Source: Cyanophora paradoxa CCMP329 (taxonomy: Eukaryota > Plantae > Glaucophyta). From it: 64,000 nucleotides of DNA. Below, piece by piece: positions 22,445 to 34,991 of the stretch (positions are counted from its first letter, which is position 1; every line of letters starts with the position of its first letter). Under the pieces are notes generated by a model. It was not told the DNA's origin. It saw only the letters and a program-made list of their open reading frames with translations, and made no database searches. The stretch spans positions 19,959 through 83,958 of the forward strand of contig QPMI01000652.1 in assembly GCA_004431415.1 (NCBI GenBank), in the 5' to 3' direction. A program made the translations under genes and the position numbers.

Positions 22445-23385
22445 AGTGAGCGAGGGCGGGGGCGCGGCGAGGGGGCGAGAGGCTCAGGGGGGTACACACG
22501 CCGTAGCCGGAATCGACCAGGCCGCCCCTACCACGAGCCTGCTGCTGCGGGCCGCACGGGGGAAAGGATGAGCGAGGGCGGGGCGCGGCGAGGGGGCGAG
22601 AGGCTCAGGGGGGTACACACGCCGTAGCCGGAATCGACCAGGCCGCCCCTACCACGAGCCTGCTGCTGCGGGCCGCACGGGGGAAAGGATGAGCGAGGGC
22701 GGGGCGCGGCGAGGGGGCGAGAGTCTCGGGGGGGTACGCACGCCGTTGCCGGAATCGACCAGGCCGCCCCTCCTCTGAGCCTGCTGCTGCGGGCCGCACG
22801 GGGCGCTGGGTGGGCGGGGGCGGGGCGCGGCAAGGGGGGCGAGAGGCCCAGGGGGGTACACACGCCGTTGCCGGAATCGACCAGGCCGCCCCTACCGCGA
22901 GCCTGCTGCGGCGGGCCGTGCGGGCCGCCGAGTGAGCGAGGGCGGGGGCGCTCGAAGGGGGCGAGAGGCCTAAGGGGTACACACACCGTAGCCGGAATCG
23001 ACCAGGCCGCCCCTACTGCGAGCCTGCTGCCGCGGGCCGTACGGGTCGATGGGTGAGCGAGGGCGGGGCGCGGCAGGGGGGCGAGAGGCTCGGGGGGGTA
23101 CGCACGCCGTAGCCGGAATCGACCAGGCCGCGTCTACCACGAGCCTGCTGCTGCGGGCCGCACGGGGGAAAGGATGAGCGAGGGCGGGGCGCGACGAGGG
23201 GGCGAGGGGCTCGGGGGGGGGGTACACACGCCGTAGCCGGAATCGACCAGGCCGCCCCTACTGCGAGCCTGCTGCCGCGGGCCGTACGGGTCGATGGGTG
23301 AGCGAGGGCGGGGCGCGGCAGGGGGGCGAGAGGCTCGGGGGGGTACGCACGCCGTAGCCGGAATCGACCAGGCCGCCCCTACTCT
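22445..23385 (-). repeat. Array 2, type-B half: 8 units of ~121 bp
   Basis: Inverted core near 22505, 22626, 22750, 22870, 22990, 23112, 23235 and 23357. Confidence 0.95.
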
Positions 23386-25259
23386 GAGTCAGCGCTGCGA
23401 GCCGAGCGGGCCGCCGAGCGAGCGGGGGCGGGCGCGTAAGAGGAGCGGGGAGGATTGGGGAGGAGAGGGGGGGGGGGGGGGGGGGGGGGAGATCGGCCGT
23501 ACAAGGAACCGGCCTCGACGCCTGTACCGTGCGCGAGGGGCGCCGCGAGCGAGCCAAGGGGCCGCGTTTCGAGACGGGCAAACTGCAGCCTGGGATCCGC
23601 CGGCGCGCTGCGCGTGCATGAATCGTAAGGGGCGCCGGCGGCGCGCCGCGCACGCGCCCGCGCGGCGCGGCCGTGGGCCCGCCGTCGAGCTTGCGTCTGC
23701 GAGCGCGGGAGCTTCGCGGGGCCAGCGGGCGCCGCTTCTGCAGCTCTTCCGAACGCGCGCCCGTGCAAAGAGAGGGGCAGACGTAGCGCCACGCCCTCGG
23801 GCGCTGCGAGGATGGATGTCAGGCCATGATCAAGCGCGCGCGACGTTGCCGACGCGGCGGGCGAGGCTGACGGCCACGCGCGCGCCAAGCAGGAAGCAAG
23901 CAACGCACCCACGACACCCAAGGGCGCACATCAGGCCACGCGCACATGCACGCCTGAGCCACCGCAAACCAAGTCGGGCGGCGGCCGCGCACGGCGGTCA
24001 GCTCGAGCGGCTGGACGCGGTCGAAGAACGCTCCGGCATCCTAGCAACCGTGCAGTCGAAGCTTTGCGCTTCTTGAAAGAGGCGCGCAGCTCCGCCACGG
24101 CAGGGTCGGCAAACGCCCAAACGCGAGGCTCTAGATCTCGCGATTGGGCTCGAGGAGGTCTCAACTAAGCCACGTGCACCAGAGGCTCGCGAGAGCCCGC
24201 TGGCTCGCCGTGCCGGCCCGTGGGCCGACCTGTCTCTGTATCTGGGTATCCCCCTTCGTGCAACGTCGCACGATCGACGGCGACGCTCGCGCGGCCCGCG
24301 TCTGACCCCCACGTCGCCTATTTGGATGCATAGCGAGGGAGGATACGAGAGCGCATGTGCCCGCGGCGCGCTCCCGGGCCCGGACGCGCCGCCTCGGCTT
24401 TGACGGGCCGGTTTGCGGAGCCAGGGCGTGTAGGTCGCTCTAGCGCAGCATCGATAGCCTAAATGCACATCAAAATCACTTTTCATGCGGCACTGGCGAG
24501 CCGCGCGCCCGCACAGCGACTGTCGCACCGAGGCTGGCTTCCTTCTCGCTGCCGGCGCCCGCCCTCGAGCTCGACGTGCATGCGCAGGCCTAGGGCGAGC
24601 TATCTGTGCAGCGCCAGAGGTGCTTGACACTGCGGCGCGTGCGTCTACCGCGAGGGACACCGGCGAGCCTAGGCCTCGCCGCCGAATCGATATCAAGCCC
24701 AAGCTGCAAGTTAAGAGCGCGAGAAGCGCGGGCGGTACTCGTATGCGAGATCTAGAAGGCTGGAAAAGGGCGGCCGTGGAGACGTCGGCGAGCTCGAGAG
24801 AGACGCATGCGCAGTTTGCGTCGCTAGAAACGGATAGGAACGGTTGCTCGGGTCGTCCAGAGTCAAGGATCGCGTACACGTACGCGTAGCACTGCCCACG
24901 TACGCGTGCCACAGTGCACCCGCGCGCGCCGCCGGCCGGTGACCGGCCGCGGGCCTCGAGGCTCGGACGTCGACCTTGCAATTGAACGTTAATTATATAA
25001 CAAGCTCGCGCGTGGACGCTGCAATAGCTGCGCGCGGTAGACGCACAAACCTCCTTCGGCCCCGCGCGTTAACGTTTAAGACAGCTAGGTCCGTGGCGCA
25101 TGCATGCGCTGGGGCGCATTTTGGGGGGTACGTAAACTCGGCGCGCCGATTCGCTCGCCGCCGCCCCGCACCTTGTCGCGGAGGCCCGTCTAGGGGCCGT
25201 GGTGGCTTGCAGACTCGGTTTTAGCCCGCTGGCGAACCGCCGCGGAGCCAGCGCCTGAA

Positions 25260-28162
25260 ATGGCTCCAGCGAGCGTGGAGGAGAAGGTAGCGCTCCAGCA
25301 GGTCCCTGCCCTCGTAGAGATCCTCAAGCTTCCCGATTTCGTGAAAGAGCTCGCGACGGAGAGCCAGAAGCAGCAGTCCATCCTCAAGTGCCGCTGCGAC
25401 CGCACCTGGCTCCCGCAGTCGGAGCGAGCGTACCTGCCGCCATGCGTCTGGACCAGCATCACAAGCATTCGAACGTGCTGCATGGCTGGCTGCCTACCCG
25501 GTGGCGACTCGGAGACGTACAGCCTGACGCGACTCCTCCGGCGGCCCTGCCAGAACGGGAGCGAAACGCGGACCCGTGCAAAGGCGATCAGTTTGCTCGT
25601 CAAGGGTGGCGTGTTCGCGTGCTTCACTTGCCTGAAAGGCGCCGGTGCGCCCCGCTGCGCGCCGCTGCAGTTCTTCCGGGCGGGATCCAGCGCGCGCGGC
25701 GACGCGCGAGAGCCGCGCCATAGCGCCGGGATATCTAGACCGGCAACGCTCGTATTCCCCCTCCGCTGCCAGCGCTGACCCGAACCCCGGCCCTTGCGCG
25801 CGCAGCGGCGGCGAACGAGCTCGTGTGCACGGCCAGCAATTGCTCCGAGGGGAAGCACGCGCTCTGGGACGCAGAGGCGAACGAACTGGCCTTCAGGCCG
25901 GTCGCAGCGCTTCGCGAGTACTTCTGGCCCCTGCAGATTCTGCTCCCGCCGGCGGAAGCCGAGCCCGCGGACGCGTCCGAGGAGTTCATCAAAGAGGAAG
26001 AAGCGGCTTTCCAGGCGCTGGAGGGCCTGCGCCGCGGGCGCAAGGCCGACAGCTCTCGCTCCAAACGCATGGTAACCCCCAGCCGCCTTCTCGTGCACGC
26101 CCCCTCACGCACGTGCAGGCCCCGGAACGTAAGGAGGAAGACGAGGAGGAGGAGGAGGAGGAGGAGGAGGAGGAGGAGGAGGAGGAGCCCTCGGCCAAGA
26201 AGGCCAAGAAGGAAAAGGAGGCCGCCGGGGGCAAGGGCGGGGGCTCCTCCGGCAAGAGCAAGGTACCCCCCCCCGCTTCCCCCCCCGCTTCCCCCCCCCC
26301 CCTTCTCTCCCCTCCCGCGCCCCTCACGGCTGGCCGCGCAGGGCCACAAGCCAAATGGTCCAGGAAAGGGCGGCAAGGGCAAGGGCAAGGGCAAGGAGAA
26401 GGTACCCCCCCCCTCCCACCCCCTCCTCCTCCCCCCTCTCCCCACTCCCTCCGCTTCCGTACTCCAATCTCCCATCCCAGCCGCGCCCGTTGTCCAGGCT
26501 CTCGGGAAACACCAATCTCCCTGCGCAGGCAAACGAGGAGGAGGAGGAGGAGGGGCCCTCGGCCAAGAAGACCAAGAAGGAAAAGGAGGCCGCCGGGGGC
26601 AAGGGCGGGGGCTCCTCCGGCAAGAGCAAGGTACACCCCTTCCCACCCCACCCCTCCCCTCTCATCCTCCCCCCTCCCCTCCCCCCTCTTCCCACTCCCC
26701 GCCCCCTCCCTCCCTTCCCCCCCCCCCGCCCCCTCCCCTCCCCCCGCCCCCCTTGCCCCCCCCTCCCTCCCGCCCCCCCCCGCCCCCCCCGCCCCCCCCC
26801 TCCCCCGCCCCCCTCCCCCTCCCCCCCCCTTCCCGGGGGGGCCCTCCCCAACCCCTCCCGCGCCCCTCACGGCTGGCCACGCAGGGCCACAAGAACAAGG
26901 GTGCAGGAAAGGGCGGCAAGGACAAGGGCAAGGGCAAGGAAAAGGTGCCTCCCCCGGCCCCTCTCGCTCCCATCTTCCACCCCAGCCGCGCCCGTTTTCC
27001 CCCCGGCTCTCGGCATGCACCAACCTCCACGCGCAGGCAAGCAAAGGCGAGGAAAAGGAGGCGGCAACGGCGGATAAGGGCGGCGATGGCGACAGCGGCC
27101 TCCAGCTGCAGCTCACCCTTCGCGAGAAGCTGCTGTTCAAGGACTACACCGTGGGCGCCCTCGTCGACTGCTACGGGGAGATCGGCCCCGCCGGCGACGG
27201 CGGGCAGGGCTCCAGCTCGGGGCGCGCGCGCCGCTCCGTGGCCACGCGGGCGAAACCCCCCGCCGAGTGGCGTCCCGAGGAGCGCGACTCTGCCGAGAGG
27301 GCGGACGCCGCGCAGCGGGACGCGGCGCTGGAGGAGCTGAAGCTGTCGCAGGAGGAGCGGGCGAGGCCCGACGCGACGCTCAAGGCGTGCCTCGACAAGC
27401 TCTGCGGCAAGGGCGCCGGGCAGCCGGCGGCGGTGGAGGCCGTCGGCAAGCTCGTCGCCAACGACTTCGGCGTGCGGGAGGCGATGCGCGGCAGCATGCG
27501 GGCGGCGCAGGACGTGCAGGCGCGCATCCTCCTCGTCGCGGCGAGCGCCGTGTTCTTCATGTTCCGCTTGTTCCTGGTGCGCCGCGAGTCCCGCGGGGCC
27601 CGCCGACCTCTGGGCCGCCGGCGCCGCTCCCGCTGCGCCGAGCTGACCGATACCCCCCCTCGCCCCCTCCCCCCCTCCCCCCACCCCCCCCAACCTCCCG
27701 CAGGGTCCCAATGGCGCCCTCACGGGAAAGTACGACAAGCAGGCGTGGGGCGGGTACCGGACGACGGAGGTCGAGCCGCGCCTCAACACCCTCCTCGCGG
27801 CCGCCGGCTTCGACCTCGCGCGCGACGACGCGGACGAGAAGCGCAAGCGGGTGTACGGCTTGCTGCGCAACGTCGGGCAGCTGATCTTCGAGCGCCCGCG
27901 CCTGGGCCGCCTCGCCGGCTCCGCCCACCCCGTGACCCTCCTCAACGCGCTCGACTCCGTCTTCAAGCTCGACAACAAGGCGAAGCCGGCCCTCTTCAAG
28001 CGCATGAAGGAGTGCGCGGGGCAGGAAGGCCGCGTCCTCGACGAGCGGCTCTTCGAGCCCGCCGACGCCAAGGAGCTCGCCCCCATCAGGGGGCTCGCCA
28101 TCGACCGGCTCGAGGGCGGCCAGCTCCTCCTCCTGGGCGCCGCCGCCCCTGCCGTCCGCTGA
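25260..28162 (+). CDS. Multi-exon protein: Cys-rich RING-like N-terminus, poly-E/K-G-rich linker, conserved C-terminal domain (paralog of 55738-58061)
   Basis: Motifs KCRC...SERAYLPP...GVFACFTC...LVCTASNC. GT..AG introns with C-rich interiors. Last exon has WGGYRTTEVEPRLNTLLAAAGFDL and ends at the stop at 28162. Confidence 0.7.
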
Positions 28163-29516
28163 GCCCCTCGGCCTCCCTCCCGCCGCTGCCTCCTTTCGCC
28201 CCGTACCCCCGCCCCCGCCCCACACCCGGCACATCCCCTCTCCGACCGCTTTTCCCCGCACGTTTGCCCTCGATCCCCCACCCTCTCTTCCTGCCCCCCC
28301 TCCCCCTCCCCACCCCTCCCCTCCCCCTCCCGCCCCCTCCCCCCCCCCTCTTCTCGCCCCTCCCCTCGCCCTCCCCGTCCTACTCGCGGCCGCCCCCTCT
28401 CTCTCCGGCCCCTCCGCTTTCTCTGCCACTCTTTCACCCTTTTCCGAAAAGATTCAGCGCCCTATTCCTGCATTTCTTCTTTCCGATATGTATCATTTCC
28501 TTCCCTGTTTGGCGTGTTCGGGTTTCCTTTCGGAATCGAAAAGCTTGTCATTCAGAGGCGGTTCTGTGCTCGCTTGCGAGCAATGTTGTCATTGTGAGGA
28601 AAATGAAATGTGCACAATCGCTCTCGCAGCGGCCTTGAGCCGAGCGATCACACACATCTTTGAGGGCTCTAGATCTATGCTCTCTCAGAGTCTCTCAAAT
28701 GTTTGTGGTCTCTATTTCGCGCTGGCTACACATACGGGTGCCCCCTCGGCAGGTCCATGACAGAGCTCGCAGAGCAAGTCGCGTCCATATGCATTTCATT
28801 CTGTCTTTAACGTTGAGCTCGTAAAAACCGTGCCTTGATGGGCTCGAACATGCAACGTCAAGCGGTGCCCACCTTGCGCGCGGACAAGCCGCTGGTTGGG
28901 CATGCGCCACGGGAGGCATCTTGCAGCGCCGCAGCTTGAATTACTGTATACGTGTGTATGCATGTGCCATTTGCGCGCAAGTAATGCTCACAGCTAGCAG
29001 GAAGGATAGCTTCGGTATAGTTACAAAAACCAGAAACAAGAAGCGAGTTCACTCGGGAGTAGAGCCGGTTTCGTTGTGCGTATAGATGATCATGATGCAA
29101 GGGCGTGCAAGCAGAACTCACGGCCGCCCGCCGAGTCGCGATCGAGCACCGCGCAACGCGCGATCCGACGACGCCAGCTATGTAGAGAGCTACATCGAGC
29201 TCTATTCTCTGGCTACTCGACGACGACGACGTGCACGAGTCGAAGGAAGATGAGCGGCACCCACATTGTTATCTGAGGCCACTGTCCGCCGGAGGGGGGA
29301 GGATACGGGAGGCTGTCTCGGTCCCAGACTCCGCGTATCCACCCGGCCCCATTGGAATTGGGTAGCGGATCCAAGCCGGCCACGCGCCTCAGCGTTGCGA
29401 GCTCCGGATCACCTCTCGTCAGGTTCGAGCTCTTCAGCAGTTGGTTCAGGCGTTCCCTGCTCATTTCTCCCAATCAGAAATAATCGGGTTGTCGGGGCTT
29501 CGCGGGGCATTGCGAA

Positions 29517-30572
29517 TCACCCGCAAATTTCCTCAATTCGATCGATGTCGTCGGCCACGTTGAATTCGCGAAGCTCCCTGACACGCGAGAGATCGATCAC
29601 CGCGCACTTGCCGTCCCAATCCACCCGGCGTTTCTCCGGCTTGGGGTGGTCCAGGCCAACGAGGACGGGGGATCGGTCGTCTCCATCGGGCCCAGCGGCG
29701 AGCGTGCCTCCTGCAGCCCTACGGAACCAGGCGCTCGCTAGCGCCTGCTCGATTGTGTCGAATTCAAATTCGGATGCGGCTGCGGGGGCGGCGGAGGGTG
29801 CCAAAGTCGCGGCCGCGGCCGGCTGCGGGCTCTCGCCCGACTCGGGCGACGCGACCGGCTCGAGCTCGCCGCCCGCGCCAGCACCGGGCGGCAGGCTCGC
29901 CGCTGGTTCGCTCGGGCGGCCATCAAAGGTAGAAAGGGGCGAGGACGGGCCGAACGCGTCTGCAAAGTGATCGCGAAGAAACCGGTCCTGCGCTTGCGCC
30001 GGGGGGTCCTGCGCGTGCAGCAATCCGAGGTGAGAAGGGGACGCTCGGAGCGACGTCGGCGCAGGGCGGGCCGGGCCCGGGGAAGATCTGGATCTAGGGG
30101 GAGCTGCGGTGAATGCCTGCGCGCCGCTCACCGGCGAAAGCGGCTCGAATTTCGCGCCAGAGTCTTCACAGGCCGCCGTCAGAACAGGATCGGGCTGCTG
30201 ATCGTGATCGTGCGCCTCTCGAGCCTGCCAGCCCGAGGCGAGCTCGCTGTACAACGCAGGAGTCGACGGCGGTGCCGCTGCCTCGAGCTCCACGTCCATC
30301 CAATCGGCGTGCACGCGATCGCGATCGGCGCTCAATACGGCTGCGGAGCTCCCTCCCGCGCCGTGGCCGGCGGGCGCCGCGCGGTCGCGGGGCTCGCGCT
30401 CGCAATCGTCCGCGCCGGTGCCGGCGGCCGCGGGTCCGACAAAGGCGCCGTCGCTGGTCGTGGCGGGTGCAGAACCGTCGAAGGCGCCGTCGCTGGTCGC
30501 GGCAAACGCCGAGGGGCTTGCGCATGCGTGCATGTGCGCGCGCTGGACTGCCCACGGAGCTCGGGGATCCAC
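29517..30572 (-). CDS. Low-complexity hypothetical protein (possibly spliced further 3')
   Basis: 351-aa ORF with a short internal repeat (ATSDGAF x2). The C-terminal segment looks globular. Confidence 0.4.
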   Translation of the reverse strand: MDPRAPWAVQRAHMHACASPSAFAATSDGAFDGSAPATTSDGAFVGPAAAGTGADDCEREPRDRAAPAGHGAGGSSAAVLSADRDRVHADWMDVELEAAAPPSTPALYSELASGWQAREAHDHDQQPDPVLTAACEDSGAKFEPLSPVSGAQAFTAAPPRSRSSPGPARPAPTSLRASPSHLGLLHAQDPPAQAQDRFLRDHFADAFGPSSPLSTFDGRPSEPAASLPPGAGAGGELEPVASPESGESPQPAAAATLAPSAAPAAASEFEFDTIEQALASAWFRRAAGGTLAAGPDGDDRSPVLVGLDHPKPEKRRVDWDGKCAVIDLSRVRELREFNVADDIDRIEEICG

Positions 30573-30893
30573 CGAAGCAGCATGGTCCAGCTGGAAAGGC
30601 TGCGCGGTCTCCGGTTGCGGCGCCCCGCCCGCTTCCGACGCCTGCGCGATGCGTTGCGTTTTAGTTTGCCAGGTCGACGAATGTTTCGGATTCGCGGCAA
30701 GTCCCTATAGCTAGATCTAGATCTGTTTCGAGGGCGGCCTCTGGACCCAGCGCACCTGCTTCTCCTGGTCCGCCATGCTGCAGTCGCCGTCTTCATCGAT
30801 GCAGGGAGCGCCCTCTGGACTTGCATACTCTTGAATTTGCGGAATCGATTCCTGGCTCTGCGAGCGCGCGGCTCAGAGTTTGATCGCAAATAA

Positions 30894-33800
30894 TTATACG
30901 AGGAGGGGGCGATGACATCCATGTGCGCGCGATCGACCCGACAAGCAACGTACCTCGGGCTCCGGCCATGGAGCACTCGGGCTCAAAAACGTGTCGCTGC
31001 CCGAGGCGGTCCTGAGCACGATCGCGATCGGGAGAGGCATTGTATCGCCGACGCCGCCGACGGCCGACTCGGAACCGCCGCCGCCGTCGGGCCCAAGGCC
31101 GCTGCCAGCTGCAGGCGACTCGACCTCGCCGGCGATGGCCGCGCCGACACCGACGGCGCCGGACACCGCATGCACACGTGCAGCGGAAGCATGGCTCGCA
31201 GCAGGCGGAGAGCCGGCAGCTGCGGAGCACGCCGACGGGGCCGACGATCCATCATCGACCCGGGCCAGCTTCTTCTTGCTGTCGACGGTATCGACCATCT
31301 CCTCTTCCTCTTCTTCGTCCTTCTTGAGCTCGTCCTCCCCGCCGACGTGATCGATGGATCGCTTCACACCAGCTGCAGAGGGACCGGCTGCCTCCGCTCC
31401 GGTGGAAGAAGGACCCCGAGGCGCTCCCTGGACGAGGCCGTCCTGCTGGAGACGGCGCAAAAACTTGCTGTACATCTCGTCCTCGTTTTGGGCTCGCGCA
31501 TACTGGCGCCGGCGCCTCAGCTCTTTGATCACGGCTGGCTGTTGCTCGACTTGCTTTGCGAGCCGTGGTGTCTCCTGCAGGGGCTTTAACTGCGCGTGCA
31601 TCACCGTCCGCATGCCCTTTCTCGAATCCGGGGGGAGGCTGAGTCGACAGGGCGGGGGGACGGGACCAATCAGCACTCAAGGAATCGGCGAGCCACGGAT
31701 GTGAAGGAAGGCGCGTGGCCATGGGGCCAAAGGCGCACGTGATCTGGTTTGTCGTGTGGTGGCCCTTTCCCTTGCGCTCAATCTCCTCAAGCTTTAGTTT
31801 TTCGAACCGGATGCTTTCCAAGGCCTCCTCCAGGTGACGGTAGCAAATTTCCACGTGCACCGGGGGCAACCCTGTGTTTCGTCAAAATCCGAGGGCGGGA
31901 AATTCTACCGGTCATTCATTCGAATTCGCAGCAGGGGGGCAGCTCACCGGGGCTTCCCGCCACTGCTGGGGCTGCCGACTTCGATGGAGCCGCGTTGCCG
32001 TGTTCCTCTCCCTGCTGACCGACCGCGGGCTCGAACTTGCTGATCCCCCAGATCTTAACTGCGGCTTCGATAGCATCCCAACTCTCGTCTGTAATCGCCA
32101 CAAACCCCACTTCTTCAAAGAGCGCGGTACAGTCGCGGTGCGAGAGCGCTAGAGCCTCGCAGCCCCTCGCAAACTTTTCGACGTTGTCCTTGAGCTTCAC
32201 ATCGGCGTTAAAAAAGTACGAAAGACCCTTCTGCTCGGCGTACGCGATGCTAGCCAGCAGGCGCTTCTGAAAGTCCATTTTCCGTGGCAGCGAGAACCAG
32301 ATCCTGCAGGATTACAGAGGAGGGGTTAGAGAGGAATTTGCACGTGGGGATGCCATCGAAAACCAAGTTTGATTCGGAGATCTAGAGCACGCGTGGGCGC
32401 ATGCATTGGTTGCGTTTGCGCTTTTGGCCACGCCAGCATTCTAATGAATGCAAACGTCTATTGCACATGCACGCTGGGGCCGTACCTGGTTTTGAAACGG
32501 GAGTAGATCGCACCGTCGACCATTTCGACGTGGTTCGTGGCAGCAATGAGAATAACGCGCTCGGAAGTGCTCTTGTCGAAGCCCTCCATGCACTGCAAAA
32601 GCTGCGCACGTTTGGGGGGGGCGCATGCGAGGTTTTAGCACGCAGAAGCGGAAAGTTCATCGCATATTGCGGCAGCGCGCGCGCGGTGGGCTGAAGCCGC
32701 CCGCGAGCTGCTGCTGGCGTTGATTGTCTCTAGTGAAAATATTGAATGGGGTTCAGCGCTATGCAAAACGTTGGAGGAGCGCAGGCGCTGGTGGCTCTCG
32801 ATGGTGTGGCTTTAAATGCAAGTCGTGCGCGAGGCCAGTGCGACGTGCGGCACAGCTAGCGCTATGCGCAGGAATTTCGCTACAATAATTATATATATTA
32901 ATCGGGCGTACCGTCGGCATGATATCGCTGGATTCGCTTGCACCGCTTGATCCTTGATTCGCCCTGCTCTGAACGGCGCTCTCGATTTCGCTGGAGGGCA
33001 AGGGTCGATATGAGAGACGCAATCGGTGCAATCATTTAAAACGCAGGAGCGCGAAGCAGCGCAGCGGTCTTGATATTGCGTAACGCTGATCATGATGTTC
33101 TCGTCTCGGGGGCACTATCGACGTTAGGTTGGAAAGGGGAACTCGAGTGCGCACTCCCAAAAGATAATGGATCCGGATCTGGTCGAAGCCCCGAGGCGTT
33201 CGGCCAAGAGGTAGATACACTGGAGTATCTTCTGCGTGTTGCCTCTCTGCAAAGACGGGAGCAAAAACCAGTATTAGTGTCCAGCTGCGGCTCTGCCTTC
33301 TTCCACGATACGCTATCCTGGCCGGGAAGCTAATAATTGCAGACGCGCCCACATGTTCGCCAGCGAGCTGATGCGGATCAAGAAAAAGTTCGCCCTGGCT
33401 TCCTTGGCGAGGGAGCGCGCGAGTTCCGTCTTTCCAGTACCCTGCAGGATATCGTCGATAAACGTCGATGGTGAAAATCTCGTGCGCAAGCAGATCCGCA
33501 GCTCACCGGAGGGCCGTAAAACAGCACTCCGTTTCCGGGCTTCATGAATTCTCCGTCTTTGAACAAGGGATGCCCTGCCAGCTGTGCCTTGATCCGGACC
33601 ATTTTTTTTCTGGCCAGTGCAAGAGAGGAGCCGCCGCCGTTCGGATCGATCGCGAGAGAAGATCCAGAGCCGTCGTCTTTTGGAACTGCAATGCGCGTAA
33701 AAGCAAGATATATAGATTCGTCGCGATTTAATGAAGAGCTTAATTATATGTAGTATATATAAGCTCAAATTAAGAGCACGCGGCGTGTGCGCACTGAGCT

Positions 33801-34951
33801 CGTCTAGGGTCTTGGCTCCCTTCAGCGCAGCGCTGTTGGGGGGGATGCGTGAGCCAATGACCGCCTCCAGAACCACCCTGATTCGACCGCTCGTCGAGAT
33901 CAACTCCTTGGCATCCGCCTCGGAGAGGCCAAGATCAGTGAATGCCTTCTCCCACTCTTCGTCATTGATCTCGTTATCATCGGACGATCCCCCGCTCCCC
34001 GATGGCTGCGACTTCTTTGACTTCTTGGTCCCCTCGATCTCTGTCTGTGGAGCCTCGGCGGGGGTGGCAGACGAATGCGGCTGGCCCGCAGCCGATGCAA
34101 GGTTTTCTCCCAGATGGGCGAAGAGGTCCACGACGCTTCCGTACGGCTTCTTGCCCGTGGACATATCTTTCCACAGCTCGTCGAGCTTCTCCGCTCTGAT
34201 GACGCGGTCACCACTCGTCAAGTCGAACTTGAGAAAGTCGTCTCCAAGGTCGAGCTCCCCTTCGAGTTCTACCCTCCCTTCCCATCGCTGCTCCTGCGCC
34301 CTCCGCTCCTTGAACGTATTCTCTGGCCAAGGTACCCCTCACAATCAATCGCGGGTCTAGGCACAAATGAAATGCTCCGACAGACTCGGATCAAGCAAAT
34401 CCCCGCTATCGTTCGCTACGGACACCGGGGCGCATGATTCTGTTTTAAAGCGTACATGCGATCGCACCGGTGAGGAGCCAAAACGTCCGGCGGGCTCGAT
34501 CTTGATTGCCGAGGCACAGGAACGCAGCAGGAATGTCTTCCTGACCGTTGAACATGATCGCCCTGGCCGCCTGAAGGCGCACGAGCCGACGATTTTGCTG
34601 AGCAGCCGTTTGGATCGCGCTCGCGAGATTTTCCTCCGTGGCGCTGCAGCTGAAATCCGGGCCCGGGCCCAGCGCGACGAGCAGCATTGCTGTGTGCTTC
34701 TGTTTGCTGTCTCCGTCGATACGTTTGCCGAGCTGGAGTAGATTCTTCAACTCGGCCTTCTGGAGAGACGACTGGTCGGACAACTGCGCCACGTGCGCTT
34801 GCCACGTGTACGTGCTCGACATGCTGATTTCGGTCTCCTCATCGGATTCCGAACGCTGCTTCCTCGCCTTGGAATTCTTCTTTGCCGAGCTCTTGATCAT
34901 GCAGTACGGGTAAAGAATGGCCTGCTTATCCCCCGGGTGCTGTGGACGCAA
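30894..34951 (-). CDS. Multi-exon AAA+ ATPase (classical AAA clade); ends approximate
   Basis: Spliced Walker A GNGVLFYGPP|GTGKTELARSLAKEARANFFLIRISSLANMW (~33350-33545). SRH exon QCMEGFDKSTSERVILIAATNHVEMVDGAIYSRFK (~32486-32596). Lid IWFSLP... and ICYRHLEEALESIR. The Walker B exon was not clearly identified. Confidence 0.8.
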
Positions 34952-34991
34952 AAAGAAATGGTGTCCGGCATTAGAACATAGTCTCGAGCTT

